A DNA stretch of 64,000 nt, taken from Laetmonice hystrix. Its lineage: Eukaryota. The translations under genes and the position numbers were made by a program. Under the pieces are notes generated by a model that was not told the DNA's origin, did no database searches, and saw nothing but the letters and a program-made list of their open reading frames with translations. The stretch spans positions 33,792,001 to 33,856,000 of the forward strand of contig OZ249440.1 of the NCBI GenBank assembly GCA_965235115.1, in the 5' to 3' direction. This document shows, in pieces, positions 12,001-26,478 of this stretch (positions within the stretch are counted from its first letter, which is position 1; each line of letters opens with the position of its first letter).

Positions 12001-15000
12001 AAAACATGGAGATTGGGAAGGGGAAGGTGTTGGCTGTGGGGTTCGGGGTAATGTGTGAGGGCTAGTCAGCCATCTCATGGGGATTGGGTAGGGGGAGGTG
12101 CTGGCGGTGTAGTTCGGGGCACTGTCTGAGGGCAAGACAGCCATATCATGGGGATCGGGAAGGGGGAGGTGTTGGCTGTGTTGTTCGGGGTAATGTCTGA
12201 GGGCCAGTCAGCCATATCATGGGGATTGGGAAGGGGGGGGGGTGTTGGCTCTATCGTTCGGGGTACTGTCTGAACCCCAGACAGCCATATCATGGGGATC
12301 GGGAAGGGGGAGGTGTTGGCTGTGTGGTTCGGGGTAATGTCTGAGGGCCAGTCAGCCATATCATGGGGATTGGAAACGGGGGGTGTTGGCTGTGTGGTTC
12401 GGGGTACTGTCTGAACGCCAGACAGCCATATCATGGGGATTGGGAAGGGGGAGGTGTTGGCTGTGTGGTTCGGGGTAATGTCTGAGGGCCAGTCTGCCAT
12501 ATCATGGGGATTGAGAAGGGGGGGGGGTGTTGGCTGTGTGGTTCGGGGTACTGTCTGAGGGCCAGTCAGCCATCTAATGGGTATTGGGAAGGGGGAGGTG
12601 TTGGCTGTGTGGTTCGGGGCACTGTCTGAGGGCCATACAGCCATATCATGGAGATTGGGAAGGGGAAGGTGTTGGCTGTGGGGTTCGGGGTAATGTGTGA
12701 GGGCTAGTCAGCCATCTCATGGGGATTGGGTAGGGGGAGGTGCTGGCGGTGTAGTTCGGGGCACTGTCTGAGGGCAAGAGAGCCATATCAAGGGGATCGG
12801 GAAGGGGGAGGTGTTGGCTGTGTGGTTCGGAGTACTGTCTGAACGCCAGACAGCCATATCATGGGGATTGGGAAGGGGGAGATGTTGGGTGAGTGGTACA
12901 GGGTAATATCTGAGGGTCAATCAGCCATAACCTGGGGGTTGGGACGGGGGGAAGGTGTTGGCTCAATGGTTAGGGGTAACGTCAGATGGCCAGTCAGCCA
13001 TTATTATTATGGGGGATGGGAATTTGGGTCATCTTATCATCTGTGATCATAGACATTCCCCGTGGGGCCCGGGGACCAATAGGCCCCATCTGTTTCATCA
13101 CCCTATGGGGACCAGAGTGGGGAAGGTGTTGGTTGTGTGATTAGAGGTGATGCCTTAGGGCCAGGCAGCCATACCATGGGGATTGAAAAGGGGGAGGTGT
13201 TGGCTGTGTGGTGCGGGGTACTGTCTGAAGGCCAGACATCCATATCGTGGGGATTGGGAAGGGGAGGTGTTGGCTGTGTGGTTCGGGGTACTGTCTGAGG
13301 GCGAGACAGCCAAATCATGGGGTTTGTGAAGGGGAAGGTGTTGGCTGCGTGGTTCGGGGTACTGTGTGAGGGCCAGACAGCCATATCATGGGGATCGGGA
13401 AGGGGGAGGTGTTGGCTGTGTGGTTAGGGGTAACGTCTGAGGGCCAGTGAGCCGTCTCATGGGGATTGGGAAGGGGCGGTGTTGGCTGTGTGGTTCGGGG
13501 TGCTGTCTGAGGGCCAGGGAGCCATATTATGGGGATTGGAAAGGGGGAGGTGTTGGCTGTGTGGTTCGGGGTAATGTCTGAGGGCCAGACAGCCATCTCA
13601 TGGGGATCGGGAAGGGGCAGGTGTTGGCTGTGTGGTTAAGGGTAACGTCTGAGGGCCAGTGAGCCGTCTCATGTGGATTGGGAAGGGGCGGTGTTGGATG
13701 TGTGGTTCGGAGTACTGTCTGAATGCCAGACAGCCATCTCATGGGGATTGGGAAGGGGGCGGTGTTGGCTGTGTGGTTCGAGGTGCTGTCTCAGGGCCAG
13801 ACAGCCATATCATGGAGATTGGGAAGGGGGAGGTGTTGGCTGTGTGGTTCGGGGTATTGTCTGAACGCCAGACAGCCATATCATGGGGATTGGGAAGGGG
13901 GAGATGTTGGCTGTGTGGTTCGGGGCACTGTCTGAGGGCAAGACAGCCATATCATGGGGATCGGGAAGGGGGAGGTGTTGGCTGTGTGGGTAGGGGTAAC
14001 GTCTGAAGGCCAGTGAGCCATCTCATAGGGATTGGGAAGGGCTGTGTGGTTCGGGGTGCTGTCTGAGGGCCAGGCAGCCATATTATGGGGATTGGAAAGG
14101 GGCAGGTGTTGGCTGTGTGGTTCGGGGTACTATGTGAGGGCCAGTCAGCCATCTCATGGGGATTGGGAAGGGGGAGGTGTTAGCTGTCTGGTTCGGGGTA
14201 ATGTCTGAGGGCCAGTCAGCCATATCATGGGGATTGGAAACGGGGGGTGTTGGCTGTGTGGTTAGGGTACTGTCTGAGGGCCAGTCAGCCATCTAATGGG
14301 GATTGGGAAGGGGCAGATGGTGGCTGTGTGGTTCGGGGTACTGTCTGTGGGCCATACAGTCATATCATGGGGATTGGGAAGGGGGAGGTGTTGGCTGTGT
14401 GGTTAGGGGTAATGTGTGAGGGCTAATCAGCCATCTCATGGGGATTCGGTAGGGGGAGGTGTTGGCTGTGTGGTTCGGGGTGCTGTCTGAGGGCCAGTCA
14501 GCCATCTCATGGGGATTGGGAAGGGGGAGGTGTTAGCTGTCTGGTTCGGGGTAATGTCTGAGGGCCAGTCAGCCATATCATGGGGATTGGGAAGGGGGGG
14601 GTGTTGGCTGTGTGGTTCGGGGTACTGTCTGAAGGCCAGACATCCATATCGTGGGGATTGGGAAGGAGGAGGTGTTGGCTGTGTGGTTCGGGGCACTGTC
14701 TGAGGGCCATACAGCCATATCATGGAGATTGGGAAGGGGAAGGTGTTGGCTGTGGGGTTCGGGGTAATGTGTGAGGGGTAGTCAGCCATCTCATGGGGAT
14801 TGGGTAGGGGGAGGTGCTGGCGGTGTAGTTCGGGGCACTGTCTGAGGGCAAGACAGCCATATCATGGGGATCGGGAAGGGGGAGGTGTTGGCTGTGTGGG
14901 TAGGGGTAACGTCTGAGGGCCAGTGAGCCATCTCATGGGGATTGGGAAGGGCTGTGTGGTTCGGGGTGCTGTCTGAGGGCCAGGGAGGCATATTATGGGG

Positions 15001-17520
15001 ATTGGAAAGGGGGAGATGTTGGCTGTGTGGTTCGGGGTAATGTCTGAGGGCCAATCAGCCATATCTTGGGGATTGGGAAGGGGCAGATGGTGGCTGTGTG
15101 GTTAGGGGTAATGTGTGAGGGCTAGTCAGCCATCTCATGGGGATTCGGTAGGGGGAGGTGTTGGCTGTGTGGTTCGGGGCACTGTCTGAGGGCAAGACAG
15201 CCATATCATGGGGATCGGGAAGGGGCAGGTGTTGGCTGTGTGGTTCGGAGTACTGTCTGAACGCCAGACAGCCATATGATGGGGATTGGGAAGGGGGAGA
15301 TGTTGGGTGAGTGGTACAGGGTAATATCTGAGGGTCAATCAGCCATAACCTGGGGGTGGGGACGGGGGGAAGGTGTTGGCTCAATGGTTAGGGGTAACGT
15401 CAGATGGCCGGTCAGCCATTATTATTATGGGGGATGGGAATTTGGGTCATCTTATCATCTGTGATCATAGACATTCCCCGTGGGGCCCGGGGAACAATAG
15501 GCCCCATCCGTTTCATCACCCTATGGGGACCAGGGTGGGGAAGGTGTTGGTTGTGTGATTAGAGGTGATGCCTTAGAGCCAGGCAGCCATATCATGGGGA
15601 TTGGAAAGGGGGAGGTGTTGGCTGTGTGGTGCGGGGTACTGTCTGAAGGTCAGACATCCATATCGTGGGGATTGGGAAGGGGAGGTGTTGGCTGTGTGGT
15701 TCGGGGTACTGTCTGAGGGCAAGACAGCCATATCATGGGGGTTGTGAAGGGGAAGGTGTTGGCTGCGTGGTTTGTGGTACTGTGTGAGGGCCAGACAGCC
15801 ATATCATGGGGATCGGGAAGGGGGAGGTGTTGGCTGTGTGGTTAGGGGTAACTTCTGAGGGCCAGTAAGCCATCTCATGGGGATTGGGAAGGGGGCGGTG
15901 TTGGCTGTGTGGTTCGAGGTGCTGTCTGAGGGCCAGACAGCCATATCATGGAGATTGGGAAGGGGGAGGTGTTGGCTGTGTGGTTCGGGGTATTGTCTGA
16001 ACGCCAGACAGCCATATCATGGGGATTGGGAAGGGGGAGATGTTGGCTGTGTGGTTCGGGGTATTGTCTGAACGCCAGACAGCCATATCATGGGGATTGG
16101 GAAGGGGGAGGTGTTGGCTGTGTGGTTCAGGGTAATGTCTGAGGGCCAGTCTGCCATATCATGGGGATTGGGAAGGGGGGGGTGTTGGCTGTGTGGTTCG
16201 GGGTACTGTCTGAAGGCCAGACATCCATATCGTGGGGATTGGGAAGGAGGAGGTGTTGGTTGTGTGGTTCGGGGCACTGTCTGAGGGCCATACAGCCATA
16301 TCATGGAGATTGGGAAGGGGAAGGTGTTGGCTGTGGGGTTCGGGGTAATGTGTGAGGGCTAGTCAGCCATATCATGGGGATTGGGAATGGGGGGGGGCGG
16401 GTTGGCTGTGTGGTTCGGGGTACTGTCTGAACGGCAGACATCCATATCGTGGGGATTGGGAAGGGGGAGGTGTTGGCTGTGTGGTTCGGGGTACTGTCTG
16501 AAGGCCAGACATCCATATCGTGGGGATTGGGAAGGGGGAGGTGTTGGCTGTGTGGTTCGGGGCACGGTCTGAGGGCCATACAGCCATCTCATGGAGATTG
16601 GGAAGGGGAAGGTGTTGGCTGTGGGGTTCGGAGTAATGTGTGAGGGCTAGTCAGCCATCTCATGGGGATTGGGTAGGGGGAGGTGTTGGCGGTGTGGTTC
16701 GGGGCACTGTCTGAGGGCAAGACAGCCATATCATGGGGATCGGGAAGGGGGAGGTGTTGGCTGTGTGGGTAGGGGTAACGTCTGAGGGCCAGTGAGCCAT
16801 ATCATGGGGATTGGGAACGAGGGGTGTTGGCTGTGTGGTTCGGGGTACTGTCTGAACGCCAGACAGCCATATCGTGGGGATTGGGAAGGGGGAGGTGTTG
16901 GCTGTGTGGTTCGGGGTAATGTCTGAGGGCCAGTCAGCCATATCATGGGGATTGGGAAGGGGGGTGTTGGCTGTGTGGTTCGGGGTACTGTCTGAACGCC
17001 AGACAGCCATATCATGGGGATTGGGAAGGGGGAGGTGTTGGCTGTGTGGTTCGGGTAATGTGTGAGGGCTAGTCAGCCATCTCATGGGGATTGGGTAGGG
17101 GGAGGTGTTGGCTGTTTGGTTCGGGGCACTGTCTGAGGGCAAGACAGCCATATCATGGGGATCGGGAAGGGGGAGGTGTTGGCTGTGTGGTTAGGGGTAA
17201 CGTCTGAGTGAGGGCCAGGCAGTCATATCATGGGGATTGGGAAAGGGGAGGTGTAGGCTGTGTGGTTAGGGGTAACGTCTGAGGGCCAGTCAGACATATC
17301 ATGGGGATTGGGAAATGGGGGTGTTGGCTGAATGCTTGGGGGTAATGTCAGGGGTCAGTCAGCCATATCATAAAAGTTGAGAAGGAGGTAGGTACGAGGT
17401 AATGCCTGAGGGTCAGTCAGCCATATCATCGGGGCTGGGAAGGGGGAAAGGTGTTGACTGAGTGGTTAGGGGTAAAGTCCAACTGCCAATGAGCCATATC
17501 ATGGGGTTTGGGAAATGGGA
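9085..17520 (+). repeat. G-rich satellite array, ~71-bp monomer, with ~2.4-2.6-kb higher-order repeats
   Basis: Consensus GGGATTGGGAAGGGGGAGGTGTTGGCTGTGTGGTTCGGGGTACTGTCTGAGGGCCAGACAGCCATATCATG. Landmarks recur at 10272, 12861 and ~15279. Monomers are degenerate at both edges. Confidence 0.97.
11931..12005 (-). mobile_element. Very short 5'-truncated retroposon (LINE/SINE 3' end) inside the satellite
   Basis: Non-satellite 75 bp with a (GAGT)n tail, i.e. (ACTC)n on the minus strand, and a hairpin CGCCGTG-N10-CACGGCG. Absent from the equivalent HOR position near 14305. Confidence 0.55.
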
Positions 17521-18289
17521 GGCAGGGTCAAGCTTATTTACAAGAACAGAAAGACTCTCCATCTACATGGGCCAAAGGCCTACAAGTGCCTGTTCCCTGT
17601 TCTCCAAACAGGTAAGGCATGACCAGGATCAAAGCTAGTAGACTTAGCAGTTAAATGTGGCGAATGAGCCTATAAAGGACCCGTGAGGTAGTGGAGCCAG
17701 TGAATTTTTATCAAGGCACTTAATAAAGGGCTTTTGTCACAATAAAATATGCTCTGACAGGCATGTTCTATTTTCTACCTTTCAATAAAATGTAACACCT
17801 AGAAATTGATAATTTAACAAACAAATTCAATTGAAGCAAAATTCGCTGCTTAAACTCAAAATAGCTGGGCACTAAAAATTCCAATGTGGGCCATGACACG
17901 AACCCGTAGTGCTGTGATAGGAAGGTCAGGGCTGCAACAATCTCAAATACTCTTTTACAACATGTGAAAAGTTGATCAGTTCGTGGTTAGACAATTCCAG
18001 TGTGTCGATATCAACGGTATACCCAATTACAATGAATACGTTTGAACATAGTTTGTGATATATGAAGTGCATCTGAAAATTATGAGTGAATATGTCTATT
18101 TTTGAGTGCGAAGAATGGATAAAACAATAAGTTTTCCTTATGAGTCTATATAACTCTTATAAGGAGTATTAGGTGTGCGCTGTTATAAGCGGGAGACTTT
18201 TATGCGCAAACCTATTGTTGTCTTTGTAGTTACGTCTCCCCCCAGCTGGGGGAGACGTTTTGTTTTGCACGCTGTTTCTGACCGCTCTC

Positions 18290-18919
<630 letters not shown>

Positions 18920-19859
18920 ATCTTTCTTTGTTTCTTTTATTTCCTTCTTTTTGGAATAACTCGGCCACTGTTAGAGAGGGAGTTATCAAATTTGAAATGC
19001 CCCGACAGAACCTTCTGAAAAATCTTTGTTTCTAATTATAGTGCCATTTGACCTTTGACCTCTTCCGTGGCACGAATGTGCCAACTTGTGCTGTGATCAC
19101 GATAACGCGAGAAAAATAGCGTGAATCGATCCAAAATTGGTATGTCGGCCTTCTTTCAGCCGGGGCTTGGACAAGTTCGAAAACCAGTTTGGTTGACCTA
19201 GAACTTTCAAGATGGCGGCTGATCTAAAAAAAAATGGCACGTGCCATTTTTTTGCCAAAGCCATAACTCGGAAAATACTGGCTGGAATAACATCAAATTT
19301 GGTCAGCAGGGTCATCTAAGGGCCAAATTTAGATTTCCCGGAGGACACGTTAGTGTGACCCCAAATGACCTCTGTGTGACCTTCAACAATTTCGAAGTGG
19401 TTGGGCGCTTACTTGACATCAGCCCAAAAACTACCGGGGCTAGAAAGTCCTAATTTGGGGAAAAGACAACTGTGGATATTTTCTCGGGATTTTGCTATTT
19501 TTAGCACTTCATGACCTTTGACCTCAGTACCGTGCCAACCTTAGAGAAGCCTTTTATATCTCCCAAACCCCTTACCGTATCTTTATGAAACTTGGGGGAG
19601 AAGAATCTCCAGGTCTTTGCCTACAACCGCTTTTAAGTGTTTTTCTCTACAGTTAATAGTTTCCGACTTAATAGGCCTAGAAGTGGACCATTCCATAAAC
19701 GGTCGCGTAACAGTAAACAAGTCCCCAGCGGGCCCGCTCCCACGGCCTGTGACCTGTTGCCGTTGTCCCTGGCAACCCCCGTCAACCCCCGCCAACCCCC
19801 AGTCAGGCGTCCTTCTCAGCCGTGGTAACTCCCCCCCAAACCCCTACATGGGCGGCTGG

Positions 19860-20200
19860 GAATTCTTTTCCCCACATTAGTTCTGGATTCTCATACAGCC
19901 AATCAGAAACAAGCACACACATGGCTATGGAATACCGGCGATGACATGCGAGATGCGAGACAGTGTGTTTGGGTTAGGGTAAAGGTTAGGCCTAGGGTTA
20001 GTGTTGGTTTTCATATTAGCCCAAAATTATTGTTAAATAGGCACTAATTGAGCAGTGGATCTTAATGTCTGTGTCAATAAGAAACATTCACTGACACTGT
20101 TCGGTCCATATCGCTAGCGATAGAGTCTGGCGTTCACTGATTGGCTGTATGCCAATGAAAGCTAGAATGGGGTCCGGAACTAATGTTGGAAAAAAAATTC
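19860..20200. mobile_element. Putative MITE nested in the HINE, with internal GGTTAG repeats
   Basis: Imperfect TIRs GAATTCTTTTCCCCACATTAGTTCTGGA / TCCGGAACTAATGTTGGAAAAAAAATTC and CATACAGCCAATCAG / CTGATTGGCTGTATG. No clear TSD. Confidence 0.55.
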
Positions 20201-21169
20201 GTGGGCCGGCCGTCCGTCCCCCACCACCGCAGATCCCACAACCGCGCAGTCAAGGCCACCTAGAAACAGCCAATCAGAAGCAGCGTCGGTGTTTCGAGTG
20301 AGTCAAGGCTCGTTCAGGGGTCGTTCAGTGTTCTCAGTGCCCGGCATCCCCCGCCATACTCCTGGCCACCTGACTGAGTTACATAACACTTCCACGCTCC
20401 ACCAACAACCACCAACTCCTTTACCACAGCTGGCACATCGCACACCCACACCCACACCCCTACCCACATACATACATACCTTCCTTCATACATACCGCTA
20501 CTACTATTATTATATCTTTTCTTTCGCATAGAAAATCTGCCATAGCCATATCATTGCTTTTGCAACACACTACTTTCATACTAATTAGTCCTCTCAAAAA
20601 TTATATGATGTCATTACTTTAAAAAAGGGGAGACGTCCTGTTCGGACTGAACAATTTCTAGTTGATATCTGGATTTCTGTTTATAATCCTAGGAACACCG
20701 TCTCAGTATCTCTGCTTTTTTTCCATAGGTATTAGACCGCAACATGTAAAAATGATATATGTAATATCATGTTGCCGATGCACACATGTCTTAATTAATG
20801 TAAAATATCGTACCTGGCCATTCTAGTTTTTAGCACTGTAAGCGTAATTTTGGCGTCCTGTTCTTGTTGTCTTGTCTGCTGGTATGTTGTATAGGTGTGG
20901 TAGTATAAGATGGTTAAAGTGATAAATCGCCTTAGCTCCGCCTCTATGTCTCTGTTACAGAGCGAGGCCACACCTTAGCTAAGTGTATAATGCTGAGGCT
21001 CTATTCTGGTCTATTGTAATGTTACCATCCAAGTCAGCATAGTTTTGTATAAACAGAGCGTAGTCCGGCACAGGTCGACAACAATCTCAACATTAACCAA
21101 TTTAATGTAACCTTAATAAACAGAAATAATGAGTGAAAATCAAATTTAGCAAATTTTAGCAGCGTATTT

Positions 21170-21475
21170 AATGTCACTGTACTCAAACATCTGGTGGGTG
21201 TTTACATCAATGATAATGTGATGTCGCTGTATTGGAACATCACTAGTGGGTGGTGGGAGGTGGTAGTATAGAATAAAAACTAAAAATGCAAAAAGAATGA
21301 CAAAAGGCAAAAATGAAAAAAAAGTTTGTGGGTGTTTTATGTCATTGTACTCAGACATCTCTGCCGGGTGTTTACATCAACGATAGTCACTGCTGGGTGG
21401 TTGCAGGTGGTAGTATGGAAGAAAAACGAAAAAAATCCCCTAAAAAAATCACAAAAGAAAAAAAATGGAAAAAAA
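21170..21475 (+). repeat. Diverged copies of the ~172-bp A-rich subrepeat of the composite satellite
   Basis: GGTGTTTACATCAA...GATGTCGC...GGTGGTAGTATAGAA...AAAAAATCACAAAAGAAAAA matches the units at 23480-23880. Confidence 0.75.
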
Positions 21476-21477
21476 GA

Positions 21478-22040
21478 CAGATCACCCAGTGACCGTTCAA
21501 ATCTTGTCCAAGTTGGCAGTGCTTGCCAATGCAAACTTTGATATTCACTTTTGCTAGGTGCCCAGTCATGTTGGCATCCCTGGCAATGAGCAAGCTGACA
21601 GAACTGCCAAGATGGCTGTCGATACAGACGTTGAACCATGTCCAATCCCAGCCTCTGATCTCAGATCTACCATATGGGCTTATGTAAAGAACAAATGGCC
21701 GGCCGAATGGAATGGACAACGAAACAATCAATTGTATCAGATCAGTCCCGTCGTGAACCAAAGGTATCATCATGGCCTTACCCAACGTAGGCATGAAATT
21801 GTTTTTACTCGATGCAGGATTGGTCATTCTAGATTAACCCATGTGTTTTTATTGAAGGGGGAGTCAGCTCCAGAATGTTATGGCTGGCAGTGTCCTTTTT
21901 ACACTGAAGCATCTTTTATTTTACTCTGATCAGACAACAGTTTTATAATATGACGAGTCTTAAGGATCTTTTTAACAATGTCAGACCAGGAGTGATTTTA
22001 GAGTTTTTGTCAGAGGCTGGACTCTGACTCTTTTATAGTT
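21478..22040 (+). pseudogene. 5'-truncated LINE (I/Nimb-like) ORF2 C-terminus: end of RNase H plus zinc-knuckle region
   Basis: FC*VPSHVGIPGNEQADRTAK (RNase H C-terminal motif), TRCRIGHSRLTH, degenerate CxxC..H..C, and terminal LKDLFNNVRPGVILEFLSEAGL*. Confidence 0.85.
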
Positions 22041-22885
22041 CAGGCTCGTCGGTATCCCTGTTGGGCTGATGGGGTGGAGTGTGTTTTAATGATGTTCCCG
22101 TTGGGGCCCGCAATAAAATAGGTTCCTTTAATTTTTGCTTTTTTAACTCTGCTTTCGCCAAGATTTACTGAGGATTTGCCAGTGAAAATAAAAGAAATTA
22201 AAAAAAAAAGATGTCCCCGGACGCCGACACGGCGCAAAACGCAAAACCACCACTTCTCAGTCACTCCCAACCTTGAATCAGTATATATACAAAACGTGGC
22301 CATTCAGAATTAGAAAAGTAGAAGAGAAGATCAATCAAACTTACATCATCCATTTTTTCGATATCTTGATAAAATTTGGGGAAAATATGCCCACCTATGT
22401 GGACAACTCAGCAAATCAAGTAATAGTTGGAAAATTACACTGTCAGAAATTTATATCGTTTTATATATGAGGGATTTTGGCAGATATGGGCAATTGGTCG
22501 TATTGGGACTGGCGTTGGTACATGTAAGGTTGAGTAATGATCTGATGGTAGGACTACAAAATAAGAGATGGTAGGGTCGAGCATCGTAACCATGCCCATG
22601 AGCTATGTCTCATTTGCGATGGACACATATTTGAATATCGCTGGTCTTTCCAAAGAATAGGCCTATGCACTGCTATGTTATAAGAGCCAGTAGAGTTTCA
22701 TGACTAGCGAGAAGGACGAGGACTGGGCTGCCTACACTAAGGAGTCAGACAACAATCTCAACATTTAACCAATTTAATGTAACTTTAATATTATACAAGT
22801 TGGCATCAGGCATATAGGAAATACATATGAAACATGAGAGATAAAACAGAAATAATCAGTGAAAATCAAATTTAGCAAATTTTAG

Positions 22886-25440
22886 CAGGGTGTTAGAGGT
22901 AATGTCTGAAGGCCAGCCAGCCATATCATGGGGATTGGGAAGGGGTAAGGTGTTGGCTGAGTGGTTAGGAGTAATGTCTGAAAGTCAGCCAGCCATATTA
23001 TGGGGGTTGGGAATTCGAGTCATCTTATCATCATTTATGATTATTGTCATTCCCCGTGGGGCCCGGGAAACAATAGGCCCCATCCGTTTCATCACCCTAT
23101 GGGAGTGAGTTTGGGGAAGGTGTTCATTGTGTGGTTAGAGGTAATATCTGAGGGCCAGCCAGCCATAGTATGGGGATGGGGAAGGGGATAGGGTGTTGGC
23201 TGAGTGTTTGCAGGGAATGTCTCAGGACCGATCAGCCATGTCGGGAATTGAGAAGGGGGATATTGGCTGAGTGGTTCGAGGTAATGTCAGAGAGCCAGTC
23301 AGCCTTATCATGGGGACTGGGAAGAGGGGTGTCGGGTGACTGGATGAGGGTAATGTCATAGGGAAAGTCAGCCATATCATGGGGGTTGGGAAAGGGGGAG
23401 GTGTTGGCTGAGTGTTTGGAGGGAATGTCTGAGGACCAATAAGCCATGTCAGGGAATGGGAAGGGGGATGTTGGGTTGGTTGGAGGTGGTAGTATAGAAG
23501 AAAAACGAAAAATACCTAAAAAAAATCACAAAAGAAAATATCAAAAAAAAGTTTGTGGGTGATGGATGTCGTTGTACTAAGACATATCTGCTGGGTGTTT
23601 ACATGAAGGCTAATCTGATGTCGCTTTACTGGGGCGTCACTGATGTGTGGTTAGAGGTGGTAGTATAGAAGAAAAACGAAAAATACCTAAAAAAAATCAC
23701 AAAAGAAAAATACGAAAAAAAGTTTGTGGGTGATGGATGTCGTTGTACTAACTCACATCTGCTGGGTGTTTACATCAAGTAAGGCTAATCTGATGCCGCT
23801 TTACTGGGGCGTCACTGATGTGGGGTTGGAGGTGGTAGTATAGAAGAAAAAAGAAAAATACCTACAAAAATCGCAAAAGCAAACTGGACATGCAGATTGC
23901 ACAAGCATTACGTTCCACGACATTGACCGATGTGCTCGGACGAGGTAACGATTGGGTTTGAATCCATTGTTCAATCCGTTCTATCCTGCTCGGATAGGAC
24001 GTGGATGGCGTCAGGGCTTCTTCACTTTGTCGACCATCGGTAACGTCATGGCATGGAGGAGCATTTCCGTTAGTGTTGTCAGTATTATTAGTATAGCCAT
24101 ATTGCTGAGGCTGGGTGCAACTACGTTTGGGATGAGAAGACTTGCTGTTAATATTAGGTAAGATGTACAAGTCAAAATTGAAAGTAGCAAGTAACAGCAA
24201 GAAAATATATAGTTAGAGGTATACTCAGTAATTCTAATTAACAATTATTAGCTATAAAGAAAGGGGGAGTATAATGCCTGGTAGTCGATAAATGACTCGT
24301 GCATCGGCATTCACCCGGAAAATACAACAAATAACTGATGGGTTTTAGCCATACAGGTACAAGTTAATCACTGCGAAATACTTCAAATTGTCGTGAAGTC
24401 AATCATAGGTAAATATCAAATAATTTACATTTTGGGAAATGCGGGTGTTGGCTGAGTTCATCGGGAAATGCCTGAGGTGTTGGCTGAGTGCTTGAGGGTA
24501 ACGTCTAAGGACCAGTCAACCATGTCATGGGGATGGGAAAGGGGCTGTTGGCTGAGTGGTTGGAGGTAATGTCAGAGAGCCAGCCAGCCATATCATGGGC
24601 ACTGGGAAGGGGGTGTTGGATGACTGGCTGGGGGTAATGTCAGGGAGACAGTCAGCCATATCATGGGGGTTGGGAAGGGGAGGTGTTTGCTGAGTGTGTT
24701 GGGGGAAGCCATATCATGGGAACTGGGAAGGGGGGAAGGTGTTGGTTGAGTAGTTAGAGGCAATGCCTGAAGGCCAGCCAGCCATATCATGGGGATTGGG
24801 AAGGGGTATGGTGTTGGCTTAGTGGTTAGGAGTAATGTCTGAAGGTCAGCCAGCCATATTATGGGGGTTGGGAATTCGAGTCATCTTATCATCATTTATG
24901 ATCATTGTCATTCCCCGTGGGGCCCGGGAAACAATAGGCCCCATCCGTTTCATCACCCTATGGGAGTGAGTGTGGGGAAGGTGTTGGTCGTGTGGTTAGA
25001 GGTAATGTCTGAGGGCGAGACAGCCATAGTATGGGGATTGGGAAGGGGATAAGGTGTTGGCTGAATGTTTCCAGGGAATGTCTCAGGACCGATCAGCCAT
25101 GTTGGGAATTGGGAAGGGGGATATTGGCTGAGTGGTTCGAGGTAATGTCAGCGAGCCAGTCAGCCATATCATGGGGATTGGGGAGGGGTAAGGTGTTGGC
25201 CAGCCATATTATGGGGGTTGGGAATTCGAGTCATCTTATCATCATTTATGATCATTGTCATTCCCCGTGGAGCCCGGGAAACAATAGGCCCTATGCGTTT
25301 CATCACCCTATGGGAATGAGTTTGGAGAAGGTGTTGGTTGTGTGGTTAGAGGTAATGTCTGGGGGTCAGACAGCCACAGTATGGGGATTGGGAATGGGAT
25401 AAGATGTTGGCTGCGTGTTTGCAGGGAATGTCCGAGGAAT
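22886..25440 (+). repeat. Isolated, more diverged block of the composite satellite (satellite monomers, 172-bp subrepeats and a gag 5' fragment)
   Basis: Same module order as the units at 38-60 kb. ORF 23862..24200(-) matches 36690..37073(-). Confidence 0.9.
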
Positions 25441-25466
25441 GCTCTTAGTGCAGCGTGATACATTAA

Positions 25467-26358
25467 AGGCGATGCTAAAATACACGTTTTGGAGGATTTC
25501 CGGCGATTATTCAACATGACCGTGAACTAGGAATCTAAGTAAATAATCCTACCAGAGCATTTTGGCCTACGGCGTGTTTACGCTGCGTATGCAGCACAAA
25601 AGTAGGTGCCATTAGAATAAACTGATAGATTTCTCCCGAAAGCACATCTCCCACCATAATTTGGTAGACAACCTCCCATCAACCCGTGTCCTTGCGTACT
25701 GCGTCACATCCTGTGTGTTTACTCTCTGCAGGTGCTTGGTCACGTCCTTCGCTTAGTTGTAAACAATTCAGCCATTGCACTCGGCATCGTTCGGCATGAG
25801 AATGACAGCCAAAAAATAATTTACGGAATCGGCAGAGAACCGGGCAAGGAAAGAAAGATACAGAAGTTGAAAAACATAGCAAGTCAATCTCGGAAACCAA
25901 GGCAAGCGGGTCGTTGGCGAGGTGTCGGCACCTCAAGTGTCAAGCGAGCATAGCACACTAGTATACTAGCGTCTGGCCAGGCCTAAGGCTGTGCCGGCCT
26001 GTGGATGCGGGGGAGGAGGGTGACATGCGGGATACGCTCGATTCGTTCCCGAGCCGTCATTGTTTCCCAACTCCTTCAACCACAATCGAGTGTCAGACAA
26101 TTTCCTGACTGATAACACTAAACGTAGGCCTATACACGCGAAATACTCGGCGTTTATACTCGCCATCTCCATGTTGCGTTCGTCAGCCATTCAAAACAAG
26201 CCATCTGAGCATGCCTGAGGGTTCTGCGTGTCACGTGTGTCAACAACATCCACGTGCAAACGATGGGCGGAGCCGTTTTTTTCAGGATCTCTTCATGAAA
26301 ACAGCAAAAGTTCTTTGAAATACCAATTTTTCATGTTTCCTGATAATATTATGCACCT
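25467..26358. mobile_element. Possible Kolobok-like non-autonomous DNA transposon remnant
   Basis: TTAA-AGG at 25463-25469 and CCT-TTAA at 26356-26362. The TIR match beyond 3 bp is poor. Confidence 0.3.
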
Positions 26359-26478
26359 TTAATGAAAACATGGATGAGAACAGGGAGCTGTTATATCGAT
26401 GTGGCTCCAAGTTACGTATGAAGTGTATAAGTTCATGAAGCAATCGTATGATTATTGGCTTATATATCCGAGGTGTTT

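Noticed and set aside
9085..17520. CRISPR-like regular repeat array
   Set aside because: No unique spacers, no cas genes and a eukaryotic TE context. The 63-65-bp hairpin repeats at 32311-32497 also lack spacers.
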